Positions 12,879 through 27,017 of a stretch of DNA of 64,000 nucleotides are shown piece by piece. This DNA comes from Octopus vulgaris (lineage: Eukaryota), in the NCBI GenBank assembly GCA_951406725.2, contig OX597814.1, positions 47,988,001-48,052,000 of the forward strand, given 5' to 3'. The first letter of the stretch is position 1. Each line of letters opens with the position of its first letter. The position numbers were made by a program, and so were the translations under genes. The notes under the pieces are model-generated. The model saw only the letters and a list, made by a program, of their open reading frames with translations. It was not told the DNA's origin and ran no database searches.

Positions 12879-15800
12879 ATTTCTTATATCAAGTATGAAA
12901 AGAGATAAATTCAGAAACATTTCTTGTTCAAGATCTCATTCAATATTCTTCTTACTCTACACACACCATGCACCCCACCACACACACACACAATTACTTG
13001 GAAATTTTTGTTAAATAACGAGATATGATTTCTTAAGAATTCCCCTCTTCAATGACATGGTGGTTCATGTTTGATTCCACAATGCATCATCTTGAGCAAG
13101 TGTTTGCTACCATAGCCTTGGATTGGTCCAAATATTGAGTAAAATTATAGACCTCTGTTGAAGCAGATAAAACTGTATCAGTAATTTTCAATGCCTAACC
13201 TTATCACACTGTGTTATACTGCCTCTGCCTATGGATTACATTGAGTACAAGTGTGTGCTTAGAATATTTTACCATTTAATCAAACAGGAATACTTATCCG
13301 TTGAAATGGATGAAAGATTCCATCATGTATAATTTTTATATTTATATTTTTCATGGCATGCTTCATTTATATTTTCTCTTCTGTTCCATATTTATTTCAA
13401 TCTATTTTCATATCTTCTGACCATACAAAAGAATTAGTAGTTCATAATACTTAAGGCACTCCTAAGTCTACCAGCGAGCATATATATTGCTGGAATTGTT
13501 GGAGTATCAGACAAAATGCTTTCCAGTATTTGTTGCAGCTCTCAACATTCTGAGTTCAATTGATGCTAAGGTCAATGCTGCCACGTCTTTCTGGAGTTGA
13601 CAAAATAAGTACAAGTCACTGTGTTTGATATAATCAACTAATCCTTTGTGTTTAATTTAGAAATTGTTGTTACTGTTGCTATTCTTCATTAAATTTTCTT
13701 CTGTCCATTCTCTTTCATTTGACATCTTTATTGCACATTACCGACTTTTATGCTTGAATTGTTTTGAGGGAAAAAAACAAATCATTAACACTGGGAAGAA
13801 TTATTATTCAAAAGACTGGAAATGAAAGATTTTGAGTTGGCAAGAAAATGGTTTGTGCAAGACTACTTTTAGTAGTTTTCTGGAGTTGGAAATGTTCTGT
13901 CAGTTTTAATGATGCCTATTCCTATTGTTTCATGAACAGAACTACTTGAGTTATACTGTATATGGCTGAATATTACTCTGACATTTGTATCTTTAACATA
14001 ACCCTCAGGCGTAATTAGTGAGTAACAAGGCTGGCCCTTTGAATTATGGCTACAGTCCATCGGATGGACTTGCACATAGGTTTCCATCTGTCTAATTTCA
14101 TTCACGAATCTTGGGTCAACTTGAGACTATAGCAGATGCACTTGAACATGGTACTGTGTAATGGGATTGACCACCCTGACTGTAAAGTGACCTTTTTTTT
14201 AATCTTTTTTAGTTAGGAAATAAGGCAGTGCTCCAGCACCCACTACAGGGCCTCTAGGACAAGTGATTGGAGAAAAGGAATTCCCAAGTTGAAAACCTGG
14301 CCCACATGTTTGCAACAAAAGTGAACCCTGCTACCCAAGGTGCTTGATAGTGATATTAAACCAACAGATAGGTTAAGTCTGCCATGCAAAGAACCAGGAG
14401 AAGCATTGTCAGGCATCCAGTCTGACATTTTTGCAGTTCTGCCATTCTGAGGCTTTAGGTTGATACTTTCTTTGTCAACCCCAGAAGGATATAAAGCAAA
14501 TTTGACCTCAGTGGGATTTGCTCTCTGCTTCATGGTATTTATTGAGTCTTTGTTATTCTGTTGAATATTCAAATATCACTATCAATTCCCTTTGTTAACC
14601 ATTGGGAGATTCATACATATAAACACCATTCATTTTATCTGTTTCCCATAAATGGTTATTTCATCTTGCTGTAATGAAATATTGCATTATAAAGAGATTA
14701 AAGATTTTTTTTTTTTTTTTTCCTGTAAAGAAAACAATATTTTCATTGATCATCTACAGAAAAACTTAATTTCTACATTATTTATTCCTTGAAAATGTTT
14801 TTCAGCTTATTAGTTTTAGAAATAAAATGAGCTTTCTACAATTTCTTTTATTTATAGATATATTTTTAAATATTTACTTCAATTTATTCAAGATTATCTT
14901 TGATACATATGAAAATATATTCCTTGAATAAATGAATTTTCTGTAGCCTTCCTGTATAAAATAAATTACTTCTGTTATAGAAATATATTTAATTTCTACT
15001 TCACTCTCTTTCTCTCTCTCACTCATGCATGCATGCACACACGCACACACACTCGCACATTTATACATTCACTACATTCATTTACATGTATACACACAAG
15101 CACATGTGACACTCCAGAATGAAATATTGTCTTTGTTTCTTTGTTAGCAGTCCACTTACTGTGGACTCTGTCCACTGGCCCTAATCATTGAAGATTATAT
15201 CTTCAGTTAGAGCTGTAAATACTGTAAATTTTGATTCTAGAAGAGAATTACAACTGTGTTATAGAGGAGACGCTGAGTGTGAATAACAGCAACAAAAAAA
15301 AAAAAATCTAATGGAAGCAGGAAAGGGGGAAAAATAACAGAGGAGAAAAGAAAAAGAAATGAGGGCAAAATTTGAAGTGAAAAGAGAAGAGAACATTGCA
15401 GAAGGAGATGGAGAGGAGGAAGTTGAGAGAAGAGGAGGGTAGATGATAAGAGAAAAGGAACAGATAGATAATTTAGAAAACAATACTAGAACATAATGAA
15501 GCTCTTAAAGAAAAGGGACCAAGTGGGAGGTAAAGAAGGAAAAAAAAAATTGAGTGGTGAATTAGTTGTAATGAAATGTGTGTGTGTGTGTGTCTGCGTG
15601 TGCGGCGGTGCGTGCGTGTGTGAAAGAGGAGGAGATCCATAGGTCATATATCATGTCAGAGGTAGCTTAGTGTCATTTTTGCCTGGCTGCCTCTTCACCT
15701 TTGGCTTAGTTTTGATTCATTTCTTTCTTTTTTTTTTATTACTTCTTCTCTCTCTTTTTTTTTCTTTTTTTCTTTTTTTTTACTACCAGCTGACCATGTT

Positions 15801-16829
15801 TCTTAGAGGTCATTTATAATTCAGTAAGGAAGGAAGGAGTAGCAAAAGAAGCAAGGCACTATCAGAAACATCTACAACAATAAAGATTTAAATTATGTAA
15901 ATATATTCAGAAGAACAAAAAATGTGTCCTAAGACAATAACTAATAAAATCATTGAGGTGCCTAAGGCTGTTTGTTTCATTTTATTCCATTTTGATATAT
16001 TACTTTGTCTGTCGTCATCATCATTATCATCATCATCATCGTTGTTGTATCTTGAAAGGGTAAAAGAAAATGTATTATTATTATTATTCCCCTCATCTAT
16101 ACCCCTGTGGCAAATAAATCATCATCATCATTGTTGTTGTTGTTGAGAAAGGAAGATGGCAGAATCAGAACAGCAGATAAATTACTCAAGGGATATTTAA
16201 TTATGTCTTTTTATGGTCTGAGTTCAAATCCTACTGGGGTTGGTGTTTCTTCTCTTCCTTCCAGAGTCAATAAAATAAGCAGTCAAGTACTATGTGTTGA
16301 TTTGATTGGATTGGCTAAACCCCCCCCCCCCCACTTGCCCTATGAAATCTATGGCCTTGAGCCATTGTAAGAAATACATTTTTTTTATTCCAATCATTAA
16401 TTCATCTTTTCCCCTCTATTGCTTTTCATTTAATTTTATATTTAATTTCTATTTTAAATTTGTTTAAAAATACACTGAGATTAACTTTTTAGATTTGGTT
16501 TTAAACAACTTCACTTTTGTCTTAAGCACATTTGCTAATGTATTTTTTGCAAAACTTACCTCTTTCTTCACACTGAATTCATGGAAATATTCACATTTTC
16601 TCGACTGAGTATTAGACAGTTGAGAAAAAGAATTAATTTATCTGCCAGTGGCTTATGCTCTCACCAAATTGCTACAGATTTCATTCAGTATTTGTAATGA
16701 GAAAGTTGAACAGAACTTCCCTCATATGTGTCTCTTATAAGTTAGCTTCATCTAGGTGTGGAGATCCACTATATGTTGATCCCTTAAGGCTTTTAAGAGG
16801 TTATTGATGTTTAAAATTAAACTGGCATG

Positions 16830-17196
16830 TTGTAGTAAAGATTATTTGCCATGGCAGTCCTGGTTTAGGATGAATGTTGCTGTAATTTAGCCCCAAGAGA
16901 TATCATCTCCAGTTGGCTATACAACATGATCTGTATCCTTATATTTTTGAACAAGGGAATCTAGCACCCCAACTCAGCTCAAAACAATACCTGTGTATCG
17001 CAATTTCCAGGTTATTTCCCTTCACCAACACAGAATAATTGTTTGGCTAGAGGTGGCACTACCAAATTCCTGTTTGAAATATATAGTTTTCAAAGTGACA
17101 ACTAGTCACTGGTCTATAAATTAGAAAATTACTATTTGTAAATCTCACAATGAGAGATATTCAGCAACAGTACTTTGTAGTAAAGATTATTTGCCA
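16830..17196. mobile_element. Unclassified insertion bounded by 22-bp perfect direct repeats
   Basis: TTGTAGTAAAGATTATTTGCCA at 16830-16851 and 17175-17196. An alternative reading is TG...CA ends (16828-17204) with TGGCA flanks. Confidence 0.5.
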
Positions 17197-17450
17197 ACAT
17201 AACATGGCATGTTGTTGTTGAGGAACTCCAGTTTGTTCCATCACTACAGAACTATGGCATAAAGGTAGCCAAATGAGTGCTTTGAAACAGGTATGATTGT
17301 GTGGTCAAGAAGTTTGCTAGGCAACACATAGTTCTAAGTCCAGTGCTACTGTGAATCTCCTTACACAAGTGTCTATGTCTTGTATTATAGCTTCATGTTG
17401 ACCAATGCCTTGTGATGCCAGACTTAGAAAAAAATTGTTATTGTTATTAG

Positions 17451-17999
17451 TCTTACAAGACTATATCCCACAATGCATTTGCAGTACCAGTACTGATTCT
17501 AATATTTGGGATACTTGGCTGGTCTATAGAAGAAATTCACTCCATAGTCATTAAAACCTGTAATATACTGAAATCAACTGGAAATCTCCACAGAAATAGT
17601 GATATCGACAGACTCTACCTAAGAAATGATAAAGGAAGTAGAGGCTTGAGATCTGTGCTGACATTCTTTGAATGTTATATAGTCTTCCTCAGACAGCATT
17701 TGCTAAACAACAGCAGCAAAAATGAATACATTAACTTAGTGCTGAAAAGTGAAGAGATCAGTATTCTATGTGTTGGCAGTGAGCTCCTTGGGAAGCACTC
17801 TCTTTCTGAAGAGATCAGTATTCTATGTGTTGGCTGTGAACTCCTTGGGAAGCAATCTTTTCCTGATGACCTCCCATACAACCACAAAACAGCCAGACTA
17901 ACACACCTCAAAGAAGACCTGAATGTGAAATGCTCAGCATACCAAATAAAGACCATGCATGGGTCTTTTTGGAGGCATAAAAGATGCAGGGGCATATAG
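17451..17999 (+). mobile_element. Dong/R4-clade non-LTR retrotransposon fragment (region downstream of RT)
   Basis: Open frame HNAFAVPVLILIFGILGWSIEEI...GNLHRNSDIDRLYLRNDKGSRGL...KTMHGSF matches R4/Dong motifs (H.KSD..RLY..R..GGRGL; K..HG.F). Contains a 57-bp tandem duplication at 17750-17863. Confidence 0.8.
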
Positions 18000-18985
18000 A
18001 CACACTCTAATTTCAGCAGCACATCTTTTATCTTTTATATTTCACTTGTTTCAGTCATGAGACTGCAGCCATGCTGGGGCACTTCCTTAAAGAATTTTAG
18101 TGGAACAAATCAACCTCGGTACTTATATTCGGAAAGAAATGTTTTTAGTGCATTAAAGCAGGGTGACTTTTCTTGTGGCCTTTTTTTGGTGGGTGGGAGA
18201 AACGTGCTTCTTATATGCCATCAAATATGGTATCACTCATTAAGGCAGCGAGCTACCAGAATCATTAATATGCCAGGTAAAATGCTTAGCAGTATTTCAT
18301 CCATCTTTAGATTCTGAGTTCAAATTCCGCTGGGATCAACTTTGCCTTATGAGTACCAGTTGAACACTGGGTGTTGATTTAATTGACTTACTCCCCTCCC
18401 CAAATTGCTGGCCTTGTGCTAAAATTTGAACCCAAATATAGTATCTCTCATTGACATCAGCTTGGCACATGTACAATAAGAAGATCATTTGTGCTCTAGT
18501 GATGACTCCAGTGGATTATGGGACTCACCACTAACACAACAAAAATGTGTGTTCTGGTCCTTAATAATGAAGTTTTTAATTTTCTGAATTGTTTCTTTAC
18601 TGTGTACCCTTTAAGTGTATTTTGGTTAAATTGTAGTTGTTGTTTAGCTCCAACAGATCCCTGGTTGAGTAGATATATTAATGAAAGAGACTCCTGCCAT
18701 GATCATCCCTTTTATTCAGATGTGTATTTATATTGCATTAGCCAAGGAATCCTTTCATTTTAAAGATGGAAGGGTCTGTATTTAAGGGAGGTTTGGTTGT
18801 TATTTATAGCTGATCAAACAGCTGTATAGATACTTATTGTTTGTATAGTTAAGCTATTGTTTGTAATTGCAAATAAAGAAGCTCATTTTGTCTTTGTTAT
18901 TATGTTTTTTTTCCTGACAGCTGCTGATTATAGAAAACGTGTTAATAAGTTTCTTTTTTTCTTATTCTTGCATGTGTATGTGTGC

Positions 18986-19034
<49 letters not shown>

Positions 19035-19713
19035 AGAGAGAGAGAGTAAGTGAGTGAGTAGGTATGTTATTTGATATTATTGCGGTATGTAGGTATGTTC
19101 TTTGATATTATTGTAGGATGTGGTGCGCTGTGATCATTCCCTGAATTATTCATGATGCTAAGTGTTTTATATAAGTATTTACTGTTTTGTGATTCAGGAT
19201 GGATGCAAGCTTTGTGCTTTGGATCTATTAGCATACTTTTGTATTTATACTTTTACAACATTTTTTCCGGTTTTATTTCTTATTGTGTTGGCATTAGTAT
19301 TTTGCATTTGAGGCTAGCTTTTTGATAATTTAGTTATTTCATGCGTAATTGAAGTATTGTAGTTGTGTTTCCCATGCTAGATTTTAGAAGTGCTTTGTAG
19401 ATTTTTTTTTTCTTTATTTGTTATATCAAGCGAATTTAAGTTGGTCATTTATGAGCTTTTAGAACCGTTGTGTTGATAGTAGATAATAGCCAATCAGAAA
19501 TAGGTTATAGTTTCATGATGAAATATGCAAGGTGTTGATGTGGGTTATTTAACCCTTTTATTTCCATATATCTATTGAAATAACCTGCTTTGTTTCAGTT
19601 AATTTTGAAAATTATAAAGAATTTAATAAAATAGCTTTGTTATTTATTAATATAGTGTTTGGAATATAAATTAGTGTGAGATTTTGATAGAAGTTTTCAG
19701 TTTAACTTATTTT

Positions 19714-20007
19714 ATCCGAACGTGGCCGATACTAGCGCCGCCTTGACTGGCTTCCATGCCGGTGGAACGTTAAAAGCACCAACCGATCGTGGCCGCTGCC
19801 AGACTCCCCTGGCACCTGTGCCGGTGGCATGTAAAAAGCATCCACTACACTCGTGGAGTGGTTGGCATTAGGAAGGGCATCCAGCTGTAGAAACACTGCC
19901 AGATCAGACTGGAGCCTGGTGCAGCCTCCTGGCTTCCCAGACCCCGGTCGAACCGTCCAACCCGTGCTAGCGTGGAAAATGGACATTAAACGATGATGAT
20001 GATGATG
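19714..20007 (+). mobile_element. RTE-type 3' UTR retroposon copy, young
   Basis: Two TGCCGGTGG(C/A)A-TAAAA units, GGAAGGGCATCCAGCTGTAGAAAC and a (GAT)n tail. CpGs retained. Confidence 0.9.
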
Positions 20008-20052
20008 AAGTTTGTGTTATAGAACCAGGACAGTCTCAGATTGGTTGGCATT

Positions 20053-20368
20053 ATCATCATCATCATCGTTTAACATCTGCTTTCCATGCTAGCATGGGTT
20101 GGATGATTTTGACTGAGGGCTGGCGAACCAGATGGCTGCACCAGGCTCCAATCTTGATCTGGCAGAGTTTCTACAGCTGGATGCCCTTCCTTACGCCAAC
20201 CACTCCGAGAGTGTCGTGGGTGATTTTTATGTGCCACTGGCACAGGGGCCAGTCAGGCAGTACTGGCAATGACCTCGCTCAAATCTTTTTACACATGCCA
20301 CTGGCACAGGTGCCAGTGAAGCGACATTGATAACGATCACGCTTGAATGGTGCCCTTTTATGTGCCAG
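20053..20368 (-). mobile_element. RTE-type 3' UTR retroposon copy (second subfamily)
   Basis: (CAT)n-CGTTTAACATC...GTTTCTACAGCTGGATGCCCTTCC. Same subfamily as 29844-29979. Confidence 0.9.
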
Positions 20369-21403
20369 GGGTAAGGGCTAAAATATAATAGTCTTTATCT
20401 GAGATACCTTTGTGCCACCTCTTGTATTATGTTTGTACTACAATACCTCATGTATATGGAGATAATTACTTATAAGTTTAGGCTGTGTAAATGCAAAGTG
20501 TTTTTTGGTGGGGTGCTGGTTATGATTTATAAATGTGTGTGTCAGAGAGAGAGAGAATTCTGAATGATATGTCTTCATAAGCATAGCAAATAAATTCAAG
20601 AATATTATCTAATGAGAAGATTATGTTAAAGGTATACATATCTATGGAATACTCAATTACTTATACCATAATTACAATGAATCTACTGACAGAAATCAGT
20701 TCGCATATCCCTTGTTTACTGAGCAAACATTTTGCTTTTGTGTGTCAATTCAAACAAGCATATGTAAATAGGGAAGTTCTAATTGCCAAATATAAATTTT
20801 ACTGATTACAGTGAAACTTCCTGAATTTGTTCCAAGGTATTGCAAAATAAATGAAAAAAATCAACTTTGTTTAGTAAAATGCATGAACAAAGAACTGTTA
20901 GCTGTAAGTTGATGCTAAATTACAAACCCTGTATTGAAGAAGGCAAAATAAATGTTTAAAAAATTATAACCCATGTAGGAAAGGGACAGAAAGCTCATCT
21001 CTAAAATTATTTGTAGTTATTCATCATACCTTTACATCTGCCTTCAATACTGGCATGGATTGGATGGGCTGTCAATGTCTGAGTCAGGTCTTATTCAGAG
21101 TTACTGCATTCCCAGACAGCTGGAGGTTCATGTTTTGCTCATCCTAAAATGGAAAATGGCCTGTAAGGAAAAAAAAAAACAGTGTGATTAAGCAAGCTTC
21201 AAAATGAATTTTCTGTAAATATCTTTAATGACTTTTCCTTCATCTCCCTGAAAAAGTTATAAAATACATAATCATATAGGAAGGTTTTGCTAGATGACCC
21301 TTAGGTACCATCTGAATTGCAAGGGAATTTCATGGCTGTGTGATTAGTAAGCTTACTTTGCACCCACATAGCATCAGAAATTGTGAGGAAACCTATTACT
21401 GTG

Positions 21404-21434
<31 letters not shown>

Positions 21435-21437
21435 GAG

Positions 21438-21691
21438 AAAGCGTTTGGCCTAGTGGTTAGGGTGTTGCACTCACAATTGCTAGATTGTGGGTTCAATTCC
21501 CAGACTGGGCGCAACATTGTGTTCTTGAGCAAAACACTTCACATTGCTCCAGTACCCCTTTCCATCAGCGGGGAATATTTGCCTGCTCACCTAGCCAGTG
21601 GGGCAAGCATCATTCAAAAACCAAAATGATGCAGAGCACATTGTGACTAGTGATGTGTAACAACATCTGATAGTCTGGTCAGCCATGTGAC
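21438..21691 (+). mobile_element. SINE family C, diverged
   Basis: TGGCCTAGTGGTTAGGG (A box), GGGTTCAATTCC (B box), TGTGTTCTTGAGCAAAACACTT. Confidence 0.8.
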
Positions 21692-22959
21692 ACACACACA
21701 CACATAGTATAGTATATTATATTGAGTGTGTGTTGTGTGTATCTTTGTTTGTATTATGTTTGCCCCCACCCCCCCCACCCACCCAACATGTGACAACTAG
21801 TATGGTCCTATGTCCTTATACTTTAGCAGTTCAGCAAAAAGAGACCAATAGAATAAATACCAGACTTAAAAATAAGTACTGGAGTCAATTTTTTCTGTAA
21901 AATCCTTCAAGGCAGTGCCCTAGCGTGGCCACTATCTGAAACAAATAAAAGATAAAGAAGATATAGAAATTATCTTGAATAATAAAAGAGAGACTACTCG
22001 GCAAGTACTTTGTACAGGGAGATTCATACTGTGATACCGACACTGGATTAACTGACTTGGAGAAACGCACGTTCTGTTGCAAAGTGTATGATATTACTCA
22101 CACTATTAGTAGCTCTCACCCCCACCAAAAAAAACAAAAACATTGACTTCATTTGTATATATGCTTTGATACTGCAAAAACAACATATAATGTTATTCAG
22201 AGGAAGAAACAACCTGTTAAAAAGAACACACAGAATGTATTTGTAATTTTAAAAGTGCAAGATATTTGTGGATCATCCCTATAAATACATTTACTTAATG
22301 TAAACACAACAGACCTGTTTTCTATAACTTGTGTACTATTGTAGATGTTGAGTTTTCCCAGCAGGTATAAAATGTTTTGTCAAAAGTTTCAGAGAAGGTG
22401 AATACCTAGAGTGAAAGAAAAAAACTAAAACATTTGTTTTCTAATTATAGGTTATTGTTACCGCTTGTTGCTGTTTAGCCCCAGGTCAACCCTAATTGAG
22501 TAGACCTATGAGTAGAGGCATTCCACTCGTGCCCATCTATCTTTTTTGCTTTTTCCTCCAAACATAATGCATAGTACATCTATGACTACAGTGTCCTTTG
22601 CTTTTTAAATGAATAGGATATGATTTGAGAGATATTTGATTGCTATTTCTCACAAGTTGAGTGACTGCACAGCAACTTCATAAGCTTATATCATGATATG
22701 CACTCTTTGTAAATTACTATATCAGCATAAAATGACAGTCTGAATCATTTTCACTTGGCCATGAAACAAAATGCTTTATAGCAATTTATATGGGTTTCTT
22801 TCAAAATGAATGTAAATAATTGACCCTTATTCTACTTATCCAAGTAACCTGTGAAATAATACGTGATGTACTTAGGGTATCTCTACAAAGTTGATCAGCT
22901 TGCTGAAAAAGCTGGTTGAATACTTGCAACAGGGTAGATTCTGCTAAAGGTATCCAAGG

Positions 22960-23300
22960 TGCCAGATGGTCATTTTGAACAAGACAATAGATTAAATAGG
23001 CCGTTGTGGGATTTGAACTCAGAATGCAAAGAGCCAGAACAAATATGACAAGACATCTGAACCAATGTTCTTAAAGTTCTGTCAATCCATTGCTTTTGAT
23101 TAGTACTATTTTATCAATCCTGAAAACATTGCTAGATGGTCATTTTTGAACAAGACAATAGATTAAATAGGCCGTTGTGGGATTTGAACTCAGAATGCAA
23201 AGAGCCAGAACAAATATGACAAGACATCTGAACCAATGTTCTTAAAGTTCTGTCAATCCATTGCTTTTGATTAGTACTATTTTATCAATGCTGAAAACAT
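22960..23300 (+). repeat. Near-perfect tandem duplication, 2 x about 170 bp
   Basis: 22960-23129 versus 23130-23300 differ by two substitutions and one T indel. Confidence 0.95.
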
Positions 23301-23384
23301 GAAAGACAAAGTCAACCTTGGTGGAATTTGAACTTAGATCCTAGGGAGTCAGAACAAATACTGCAAAGCATTCTGTATGATGCT

Positions 23385-23604
23385 CCCTTTAGTGTTTAAA
23401 CCAGCCATATCTGGCCCAAATATTCTACATGTTTTATATTCAAACTGGCCATATCTAGCCTCTCACACCTAACCTACATTGACATTCTAAAAATAAACAA
23501 TCACATCATTGAAACCTCAAAGCTATAAGATAATGCATAATTAATTCAAAACAATTTGAGTGAAAAAGTATTACATTTAACAGAGTAATCTGAACACTAA
23601 AGGG
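23385..23604. mobile_element. piggyBac-type MITE, family 2
   Basis: CCCTTTAGTGTTT...GAACACTAAAGGG|TTAA terminal inverted repeats. Homologous to the 35200 and 44709 copies. Confidence 0.82.
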
Positions 23605-23993
23605 TTAATGAATCTGTCAATTTGATCCGTGGTTAAACATGGTGGTTAGTGTAGGACCCGAGGGAGTTGAAGTAGGACACAGTATGGTTGATGAAAAGAG
23701 AGACAAATGAGTGCAGTGGGCCTTGTTAGTGGTAGAGGAATGAGATTGGCAATCTCCAATATGAAATACATTTAAAGTGACAAAAGTACACACTGAACTG
23801 TTCTGATTGTCTCATACCTGAGATGTTTATTAGTTCTATCAATTTGATAGATTCCTTTTAAAAATGATGCCCAAATGTTACACATGCCTGCTGTGGGTAC
23901 TACTACTACTACTGCATAAAAACGCCTTGTGTTTGTACACACACATACACACACACTGGTTGATTCCTATTGGCTGAAAACAAGATTTTATTA

Positions 23994-23995
<2 letters not shown>

Positions 23996-24058
<63 letters not shown>
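23996..24058. repeat. (ATT)n microsatellite
   Basis: About 20 uninterrupted ATT units. Confidence 0.97.
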
Positions 24059-24059
<1 letters not shown>

Positions 24060-25705
24060 TCTACTCTATTGTTACACTCTTATTTCAGCTGCTTCCCGCC
24101 TCCACCCTCATTCGAACCCTACCCACCTTGTTTATAGTATTTCTCTCTTACATCCCTCCCTCATGACCCACTCCTAATCTTTAATTAATCTTTCAATGAA
24201 TTTAAAGAACAGTAGGCTGGTCTTGGAGGTGGAACCCTTGCTGAGTAGGAGAGAGCAAGACAAATAAATCTTGCCCTACCCTATGCTTCAATGGGTATAA
24301 CAGTATAATGACACACACATGAAGATATTTTTTCACAGCAGTAACAACAACAAAACAAAAAGAAGACCCTCAAAGATATACAGATGTTGTATACTATATA
24401 TAAATGTATGTAAATGCTGTATGTATCATATAGCATACTAAACACCAATTATACATAATATCTCTGCAGTTACCATGATACAATATATAGTTTAACAATA
24501 CAGTAAATTTATCTATTTTTTTTAATCAAAGGATATATTTTATGTATCTACATGCAACCGTATCTTTTTTCCTCTTTTCTCCACTCATTCTGCAACCATT
24601 TTTTAAAACTAATTCTCTTTATATTTTTTCCCTCATTGTCACCCTTTCTTTAATGTGTAAGTGCTCAAATTGCCAACACTATTTTGTAATTTTCTTCTGG
24701 ATACAATCTTTTAAAACCATTTTTGTTTTTTTTGTTGTTTTTTTTGTTTCCATTGCTGCTTCATGGCTACTGTTAAGCATTTATTCTGTAGAAAAGCTTC
24801 CCCTATTTTTATCTAGCATCAAATATTCAAACCTGATAGCCACTAACAGTAAGTTCCATCAACTATCAAATGTCCCTATTAACTGAAAATGTATATGATG
24901 GATGTTGCTGTTAAAAGAAATGAGATAAATTTTCATTTTGTTTTATTTTTAAAGCAAAGCCAATTATAGAATTTTTGTCTGTTTGTATGTTTGAATCTCT
25001 ATTGTTATTTGAAAATATTCTGAGTAAATGAGTTGATTTGTTAACATGAAATAGGCTGCAAGTACATTCTCTTTGATGAGAACATAGAAATACAAAATAT
25101 CCGTACATGTATGTGTGTGCATGCGTGTGTGTGTGTGCATATTATGATATTTTTGTATCTGTTTTTATATTCACTTGCGCATAATGGGTGATATTTTTAT
25201 CAAGTCTATTGTGATTTGGTTAAAAACAATCCTTTCACTAAAAAAGAAAGGAAAAGAAAAATACTGTAGACTCTAATGAATCATAAAATTTGATTGAATC
25301 AAATGCATAATGTTTATATTTATAGAAATATATACATTTTCTCCAGTTCTAAATATATAAGAACTATTGAATCCTACTGAAACTATCTTTTTATCATAAT
25401 CATCATCACTACCACCAGATGAAACAACCTCTTCCCATGTTTGTATAAGTTGGGTGAATTTTCGCTACAGCAGATTTTTTTACATTTTGATGTTGTTCTA
25501 TTAGTAATTAGTAGTCAAATAAATGTTCTTTCTGTAATGTTCATAAACAGATTAAAGTATTAATGATCTCATTGACAAATGTTATTAAATTAGTATTATT
25601 ATACTCTATATCAAATTACTATATGTGTGTGTCTGTATGCATGTTTGTACATATCCCCCACACACACACACACATACATGTATACACCCAAGAAAAATAC
25701 AGAGA

Positions 25706-25741
<36 letters not shown>

Positions 25742-27017
25742 CCAGTAATTTTTGCAAAACACACAACTGCAAAGAATTGGAAAATGTGATAAGAACATGA
25801 TGGAAGCTCAGTAAAAATGTGTTATTAGTTAGCTGGTGATATTAGTCTTAGCAAAAGTAGGCTAAAGACTTTGGTGTAAGAAAGCTGTTTGTGATATAAG
25901 AAGAGATTTGGGCTTTACACGAGATGATAGTCGATAGTCATAATACAGAAAAAGAAATATCAAAGGGAAAAACTGGATGCAGACATTTATGTATTTATAC
26001 TTGTCTAAATAAATCCACATAAATGTATTAATGCAAGCCTTTATATGTTAATACAATATTTTCTTTCATGATAAAAGATAATATTGAATAATTTTCCAGA
26101 GATATTTAACTGAACTGATAATTGTTAGCCTCATACCAAGTTGTTTTCTGTGAAAGAACTATTATTTTTATTTTGCTGTTATTTACAATAACATTATTTG
26201 TTATTAGTGGATGATATCGCCTTGTAAAAAAAAATAATAATAGATAAATAATAATTAATCTTAAGTAGGTCTCTGCTTAAATTTTATTTCAACAAAGTTC
26301 TCAGTCTGTAAAATGTCTTAAACTTAATGGCTGACTGATTCAGTTGGCAGATATCATTGATAAAACATGTTATCAGGTTACTGCCTCACTATAATATTGT
26401 AGATAATATACTTCTTACATAAAATGATTTACTGTGTAAACTGATATTGTTTTTGTCATTCCATGCAGTATGTGCAAATATTGTTTATAGGATATGAAAA
26501 TTACTGATACAGCTAATATATGTTTCATAGACTTAACAATGAACCCTTATCATAATTGCCAAGTATCTTTTCAAATTAAAAGAAATTTTTAAATTTTATT
26601 TAGTATCTTACAAGTAACATAAGAATCATATCTACTTTGTTGTTTAGTTTAACCTAAGCTAGCCTTGGTCAAGTGAAGTTAAGTTCAAAGGCATTCCAAC
26701 ATTTAGTCTCATAAAAATATCTGGAACCCAGTCCTTTCTGTTCTGCCAAAGCAGTGGGGTTTATGTTGTTGAACTTGAGCTTCATCAAGTTGATGACTTG
26801 AGAAAAACATGGAGTGGGAAAGAAATTCATACTCCATGAATGTAGTTTTAGGAGGAAAAGATGCAAGGATTAAGAAAAACATTTAGTACAGAGTTCACGC
26901 CATTGCAAGTATTCAGAACCCCTGTTCCATCCTCACCCACATTCTACTTTTGGTATTGATCAGAAGATATTCAGTCTAGGGATCACTTGTGTTGGTCTCA
27001 CCAGTCTAGGAGGGCTT

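Larger units (their letters stand above)
19553..20377. mobile_element. piggyBac-type MITE interrupted by two retroposon insertions
   Basis: TTAA|CCCTTT at 19549. 19553-19713 and 20008-20052 align to the reverse complement of 54513-54732. Ends AAGGG|CTAA. Confidence 0.7.

Noticed and set aside
15790-15823. Exon candidate after a long pyrimidine tract
   Set aside because: Stops in all frames, and the tract is low-complexity sequence.
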